Source: Minisyncoccia bacterium
GTDB lineage: Bacteria; Patescibacteriota; Minisyncoccia; Phycocordibacterales; UBA918
Length of the DNA stretch: 64,000 bases
Direction of reading: 5' to 3'
Assembly: GCA_046293175.1 (NCBI GenBank)
Contig: JBKBPM010000001.1
Span: 4,484-68,483, forward strand
Part shown: positions 58,895-64,000 of the stretch, piece by piece
How the letters are laid out: every line of letters starts with the position of its first letter
Position numbering within the stretch: position 1 is the stretch's first letter
The notes under the pieces: model-generated
The model's input: the letters and a program-made list of their open reading frames with translations, nothing else
The model's database searches: none
What the model was told of the DNA's origin: nothing
Translations under genes and position numbers: made by a program

Positions 58895-59239
58895 ATGATA
58901 CGAATTATTGTTTATGTAGCCACGAGCGCTTTAGCTCTCCTTATAGCAAATGAGATTATTCCTGGCCTCACCATCGATACTTGGCAGACAGCTGTCTTTG
59001 CGGCGGTGGTTCTTGGTGTGCTTAACAGTTTTGTAAAACCGATTCTGATACTCCTCACCCTACCCATTACGCTCATTACCCTTGGGTTGTTTATTCTCGT
59101 AATCAATGTCCTCTTATTTATGACGGCCGCTTGGCTCCTCCCGGGGTTTGCAGTTGCTGGCTTTGTACCAGCCGCCCTTGGTACTCTTATGGTGAGTGTC
59201 GTTCATCTATTTGTAGGGAAGATGCAGCAAGCCGATTAA
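58895..59239 (+). CDS. 4-TM YvlD/holin-like family membrane protein
   Basis: LNSFVKPILILLTLPITLITLGLF. Confidence 0.85.
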   Translation: MIRIIVYVATSALALLIANEIIPGLTIDTWQTAVFAAVVLGVLNSFVKPILILLTLPITLITLGLFILVINVLLFMTAAWLLPGFAVAGFVPAALGTLMVSVVHLFVGKMQQAD

Positions 59240-59431
59240 TCAAGTGAGAGAAAACTGTCCGTACATAAAAACGCCCACCTTGGGGCGTTTTTTTATGTAA
59301 GAAATTACTTTTACTCACAGTCCCTCAAAAGTCGTCTTATTTTTAGAGTCATTAACACCCCTTAAAAATCATAAAATTTGCTATAGATAGTTGGTCTACT
59401 CTATCAAGAAGAGTGGAATAAAAGATGATCA

Positions 59432-59641
59432 CGGTAGGGGAGAGACGTGGACATGACCATTAGAGATACGCCACACTCACGGACACCACAAGGGTATTTC
59501 CATTTTTAGACTCCTTTCAGTCGTTAAAAATTAGGTCATTTCGCTATAGTCGCCCTGTGTCATCAAATTGGTGGAATCAAGAGTGTTTGCGGTAGTTGAG
59601 AGACGTGGACGTGGCCATTAGGGATAGGCCACGCTCACGGA
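59432..59641. repeat. Two 52-nt direct repeats (45/52 identical), 158 nt apart
   Basis: 59432-59483 and 59590-59641; the second copy forms a hairpin. Confidence 0.85.
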
Positions 59642-59720
59642 AATTCGCCATAGTCGGCACAAGCGCCTCGTTGGCTCATTTCATTTTGACTCAAGAAAGT
59701 TTTTATGGTATGACATGCAG

Positions 59721-60689
59721 ATGTTTACAGATCAAATCACTATATACGCTGAAGCCGGAGCCGGAGGAGACGGTGTTACGCGCTGGCGTCACGAGAAGTT
59801 TGTCCCCAATGCAGGACCGTCAGGTGGAAACGGTGGAGATGGTGGAGACGTCTACATTGAAGCCGTGCGAGACCTCGGGCTACTTTCAAAGTATCTCGGT
59901 AATCCACGTTTTAGCGCGGGTGCGGGTGTGCCTGGGCAAACCGGAAGTAAGGCTGGTCGTCATGGTGAAGATCTCATTATCAAGGTTCCTGTTGGTTCAA
60001 TTGTCACTGATGTGAGTCGTGAACGGGTCTACGAATTTTTTACCGAAGGACACAAAGAACGAGTCTTTAAGGGTGGTCGTGGCGGCTTAGGTAACGAGCA
60101 CTTTAAGTCTTCCACGAACCGCTCTCCCGAAGAAAACACCAAAGGCAAGCCTGGAGAATCGGGAGACTTAAAAATTGAGCTTACGCTTGTAGTGGATGTG
60201 GGACTTATTGGTTTGCCAAATGCGGGTAAGTCGACTCTTCTTAATACGTTCACCAATGCGCGTAGTGCGGTTGGTGCCTATCCCTTCACTACCCTCGTCC
60301 CACACCTAGGTGACCTCTATGGCTTTGTGCTTGCTGACATCCCAGGACTCATTGAAGGAGCCCACACGGGGAAGGGACTCGGACATACCTTCTTGCGACA
60401 CGTCACCAAGACCAAAATGCTCCTCCATCTTGTTTCTTTTGAGCACGAAGACCTAATTGAAAAGTATTATATCATTCGAAATGAGCTATCTTCGTACAGT
60501 AAAGACCTTGAAGATAAAGAAGAATGGATTATTTTTACTAAAAAAGACCTTGCAAATAAAGAGCAATTAGAAAAAGTGCAAGAGTTTATTGACAAGTCTA
60601 ACAAACGTGTCTTTATTATATCTACAGAAACTGGGGAAGGAATCAAAAACCTCCAAGATACCCTTGTCGAGCGCCTTCGAGGAACGTAA
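59721..60689 (+). CDS. obgE: GTPase ObgE/CgtA
   Basis: Gly-rich Obg fold, GLPNAGKST, YPFTT, DIPGLIEGA. Confidence 0.96.
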   Translation: MFTDQITIYAEAGAGGDGVTRWRHEKFVPNAGPSGGNGGDGGDVYIEAVRDLGLLSKYLGNPRFSAGAGVPGQTGSKAGRHGEDLIIKVPVGSIVTDVSRERVYEFFTEGHKERVFKGGRGGLGNEHFKSSTNRSPEENTKGKPGESGDLKIELTLVVDVGLIGLPNAGKSTLLNTFTNARSAVGAYPFTTLVPHLGDLYGFVLADIPGLIEGAHTGKGLGHTFLRHVTKTKMLLHLVSFEHEDLIEKYYIIRNELSSYSKDLEDKEEWIIFTKKDLANKEQLEKVQEFIDKSNKRVFIISTETGEGIKNLQDTLVERLRGT

Positions 60690-60698
60690 AATACCCCC

Positions 60699-62111
60699 AT
60701 GTATACGCCAACTATTGGGCTAGAAGTTCACGCCGAATTAAAAACCAAGAGTAAAATGTTTTGTGGGTGCCAGAATAATCCACATCATGATGAACCGAAC
60801 ACCAATGTCTGTCCGGTTTGTATGGCACACCCGGGAACGTTACCGGTACCAAATGAGGCAGCCATAAAATCTGTCCTCATGTTTGGAACAGCAGTTGATG
60901 GTGCACTTGCGACCTATTCAGAATTTGATCGTAAAAATTATTTTTATCCGGATATCCCAAAAGCCTATCAGCTCAGTCAGTATGCATTCCCGTTTGTGAA
61001 AGGGGGAGTGTTGGCGGGAGTTGAACTCACCCGGGTGCATCTCGAAGAAGATACTGCGCGTAGTCAACACGACAAAGGGGAAGGAAGTCTCATTGACTAC
61101 AATCGGGCTGGCGTACCACTCATGGAGTTGGTGACTGAACCAGTTATTCATGATGCACAAACAGCCGGGAACTTCGCTCGGGAACTACAGCTCTTATTGC
61201 GAACTCTTGGCATTAGTGATGCAAATATGGAGAAGGGAGAGATGCGGGTAGAAGCCAATATATCGGTTAGCAAAGACACTAATCTCGGTACTAAGGTAGA
61301 AGTCAAAAATCTTAACTCATTTAGATCAGTCGAAGATGCTATCAACTATGAAATCAAGCGGCAGATAGCAGTGCTTGAAGCTGGAGGAGAATTGAAACAG
61401 GAAACGAGAGGATGGGATGAGAACAAGAGCGAGACGTATGTGCAGCGCAGTAAAGAAACCGCTAAAGACTACCGATATTTTCCTGATCCGGACATTCCAA
61501 AGTACGATTTGACTTTAAAAAATGATTTTTCGAAGTCGGCCCTATCCGAGATAATGCCTGTTCTACCCAATGAAAAGCGCTTAAAATATAGTCTTCTCGG
61601 ATTAACGAACTCACAGATAGAAATAATAATAGCAGACCAACATATCGACTCGTACTTCGCATCGCTCCTTGAGGTGATGGGTGAAGAAGCAACTCCTGTG
61701 CTAGCATTGGCCGTCAATTATCTCCTGACCGACATGGTGCCACTTTGGAGTAATGTAACGACGACTGACACCATCATCTCACCAGAGCACTTTGCAGCCC
61801 TGATGGGTCTCCTTTACACCCGCCAGATCACCTCACGGGTAGCAAAGGACCTACTTATTGAGTTTGCCTTACAAGACAATGATTTAGTAGCTATCATTCA
61901 AGAGCGAGGACTCCTCGCTTCCAGTAACTCCGCTGACCTCGAGCGAATAGTGGACGAGGTATTGTCCAGCAACGAATCAGTGGTGGCAGAATATCAGGGA
62001 GGGAAGATAAGCGTTATTCAGTTCTTGGTTGGCCAAGTGATGAAGCAGACTAAAGGAGCTTCAGACCCCATCACCGTGCGTGAGGTACTAGAACGCAAGC
62101 TTCAAAGCTAA
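60699..62111 (+). CDS. gatB: Asp/Glu-tRNA amidotransferase subunit B
   Basis: IGLEVH, FDRKNYFYPD, HLEED, DYNRAGVPL, EVKNLNS, DYRYFPDPD. Confidence 0.97.
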   Translation: MYTPTIGLEVHAELKTKSKMFCGCQNNPHHDEPNTNVCPVCMAHPGTLPVPNEAAIKSVLMFGTAVDGALATYSEFDRKNYFYPDIPKAYQLSQYAFPFVKGGVLAGVELTRVHLEEDTARSQHDKGEGSLIDYNRAGVPLMELVTEPVIHDAQTAGNFARELQLLLRTLGISDANMEKGEMRVEANISVSKDTNLGTKVEVKNLNSFRSVEDAINYEIKRQIAVLEAGGELKQETRGWDENKSETYVQRSKETAKDYRYFPDPDIPKYDLTLKNDFSKSALSEIMPVLPNEKRLKYSLLGLTNSQIEIIIADQHIDSYFASLLEVMGEEATPVLALAVNYLLTDMVPLWSNVTTTDTIISPEHFAALMGLLYTRQITSRVAKDLLIEFALQDNDLVAIIQERGLLASSNSADLERIVDEVLSSNESVVAEYQGGKISVIQFLVGQVMKQTKGASDPITVREVLERKLQS

Positions 62112-62198
62112 ACGAGAAATCTAGAGTTATGAACATATCTCGGCCACCTTATGGTGGTCATTTATGTACATAGTTTGTATACTAAAAAGCAGTAAGGT

Positions 62199-63068
62199 AT
62201 GGATACGGTCACTGTCAACGGAAAGATCTACAAAAAAGCCGCTGTTTTGGCTAAGCAATTTCGCTATACTACTGACTATATTGGTCAACTGTGTCGTAAC
62301 AAGAAGGTAGACTGCCAATTTGTCGGTCGCTCCTGGTACGTCACTGAAGCATCACTTCTTGCCCACAAAGATAATCGTTATAAAGAAGTTCGTGTAGACG
62401 AGAAAACTATAAAAAACAATAATATCTCGGTACGTGATACTTCTGAAATCTCAGTTAGGCCTCGTCTTTTGAAAACTGCACAAAAGCTTGCGCCAACTTC
62501 TCATTTTGCTTCGCGTCTCATTCCTCGCGAATCGAAATATTTTCCAGATGAAGCTGAGCTTTTGCCAGTTACGCTCAAACCTACTCCTACCATTAAACCT
62601 ATCATTCCAACCACTATACCGGTAGCTCTTGAAGCGGCCACAACCATCAAAGTAAAAGCTGAAAAATCTATAGCAAAGCTTGATTTTACTGATCTTCCTA
62701 CCGTTGCTCTAACTGGAAATTTGGTGGTACAGGAGATTGTCCCTGATGTGACTCCTTCAACTCCGGTAGTACTTCCTGTACCTGGAATGGCAAAAGCAAA
62801 GCCTGAGACGACCCCCCATGAGGTTAAGACGGTCCTTGTACAGCCGCCTGTAGACAACAAGATAAGCTTTACACCAACACAGGTCCGTGCCCTTCCTAAG
62901 CCAGCTCCTCGGTACTTTTTACTGGCAACCTCTATCCTTACGAGTTGTCTTTTATTTGGGTTTGTGACGACAGCCAATGTCGTGTTTACTATCGGTAAAA
63001 ACATCACCGTGAAGCAGGTGCAATTTGACGTTGCTCCACTCCAAAATTGGCTTGTAAAGTCACGCTAG
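62199..63068 (+). CDS. HTH-like domain plus C-terminal TM protein
   Basis: YTTDYIGQLCR..VGRSWYV, Pro/Thr linker, hydrophobic helix. Confidence 0.7.
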   Translation: MDTVTVNGKIYKKAAVLAKQFRYTTDYIGQLCRNKKVDCQFVGRSWYVTEASLLAHKDNRYKEVRVDEKTIKNNNISVRDTSEISVRPRLLKTAQKLAPTSHFASRLIPRESKYFPDEAELLPVTLKPTPTIKPIIPTTIPVALEAATTIKVKAEKSIAKLDFTDLPTVALTGNLVVQEIVPDVTPSTPVVLPVPGMAKAKPETTPHEVKTVLVQPPVDNKISFTPTQVRALPKPAPRYFLLATSILTSCLLFGFVTTANVVFTIGKNITVKQVQFDVAPLQNWLVKSR

Positions 63069-63137
63069 TTATTAACACCTTAAAGGTCGGTTATTCATGC
63101 TGAAATAGCTATAATATTACTAGCTATTTCGTAGAGC

Positions 63138-63857
63138 ATGTCAGAAAATTTTTTCATCGGGAATCGTCGCCTTATCCCACTCAAAGAAGTCACCAAAATT
63201 GTCCCGTACTCACGCGAGTATGTGGCTCGTTTGGCTCGCGATGGTAGAGTAGCTGCAGCACAAATTAACCGGCAGTGGTACATCGATCCAGAGTCTCTCA
63301 AAAACTTTTTTGATCAAGCCCAGCTCGAGATGCAGGCGCGTGGTGAATACGTCCGCGAGTTGCGCAAGCAAGAGCTCGATCTGCATGAATGGTGGTCAGC
63401 GTTTGTTGATACGCAAAAAAATCGTCAGGTTGGCCGTGCTGGCCGTGCTGCCAAGAAATCAATTTTGATAATTATTCTCGGTCTTTTTGTTGGACTTTTA
63501 GTGACGCGCTTCGCACCACTGGGGGATCCGGCAGTACTAGCTTCTTTGATTGAGAGTCAACAGCTCGCATCACTCATCACGGCACAAGACAATGAAGCGG
63601 CCGCCGTATCGTGGTACGAAACTGGCGATGTGGTGACCGAAGACGAATCACTCTTAAGTCCTGTAGGGATACTCCTTCTCCCTGATGGTGTGTCTGAAGA
63701 TCCTGCAGCCTTCTTTTCTGATGAGGTACGCGTAGAACAAACTGGTCCAACCAGTGGTGTTATCTATAGCTCGACTTCATCAAGTTCTGTGCCATTTGTG
63801 CGAGTGACTGCAGATGAGCAGGTTGAGTCGGTGGAATCGGTAGAGCTGGAGCCATAG
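63138..63857 (+). CDS. HTH-like domain plus TM protein (paralogous N-terminus)
   Basis: YSREYVARLARDG..INRQWYI, coiled coil, TM helix. Confidence 0.7.
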   Translation: MSENFFIGNRRLIPLKEVTKIVPYSREYVARLARDGRVAAAQINRQWYIDPESLKNFFDQAQLEMQARGEYVRELRKQELDLHEWWSAFVDTQKNRQVGRAGRAAKKSILIIILGLFVGLLVTRFAPLGDPAVLASLIESQQLASLITAQDNEAAAVSWYETGDVVTEDESLLSPVGILLLPDGVSEDPAAFFSDEVRVEQTGPTSGVIYSSTSSSSVPFVRVTADEQVESVESVELEP

Positions 63858-63863
63858 TTTTTT

Positions 63864-64000
63864 ATGTATCGGTCTTATTATCTACAACTTTTTGTCTCAC
63901 TGGTGGCACTCGCCACGGTGACATTGTTGTGGGTAATACCAGCACAAGCCCAGTTCAATGAACAGATTAATTACCAAGGGCGACTCCTTGATGCGACTGG
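63864..64000 (+). CDS. Start of a secreted surface protein (partial)
   Basis: MYRSYYLQLF...AQAQFNEQINYQGRLLDAT: signal peptide followed by INYQGRL. Confidence 0.7.
   Translation, partial: MYRSYYLQLFVSLVALATVTLLWVIPAQAQFNEQINYQGRLLDAT

Noticed and set aside
58895-59239. Prophage lysis gene
   Set aside because: Widespread chromosomal YvlD-like family with no endolysin or phage genes nearby.
59432-59641. CRISPR array or pistol ribozyme
   Set aside because: Only two 52-nt copies, a 106-nt gap and no cas genes; the pseudoknot partner CCCTAA expected for a pistol ribozyme is missing.

Overview
Genomic window of a Patescibacteria/CPR bacterium, probably Parcubacteria. This is inferred from the divergent stand-alone 16S gene, the archaeal-type pyrH, the CPR-style pilin and the VirD4-like ATPase. 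It carries housekeeping genes (folD, secD/F, pyrH, murD/C/B, metK under a SAM-I riboswitch, rsmI, secA, obgE, gatB), a ~25 kb surface-glycan cluster with seven SAM-dependent methyltransferases, one 16S rRNA gene and two tRNAs. The most unusual observations are: (1) both tRNA genes, Leu-CAG and Ile-GAT, are nested 'matryoshka' loci, where the intact tRNA caps a long stem inside an interrupted outer copy of the same tRNA, and the inserts share a small covarying motif also found elsewhere; (2) the 16S tail lacks the anti-Shine-Dalgarno and housekeeping genes look leaderless, yet a set of orphan secreted/membrane genes, some strongly GC-rich, has long leaders and SD or SD-like sites; (3) an unannotated 37-aa ORF ends in CVACEG, like a free ribonucleotide-reductase redox tail. 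Two homopolymer frameshifts (metK and a CREST-family gene) are probably sequencing errors. All calls were made by eye, without database searches.
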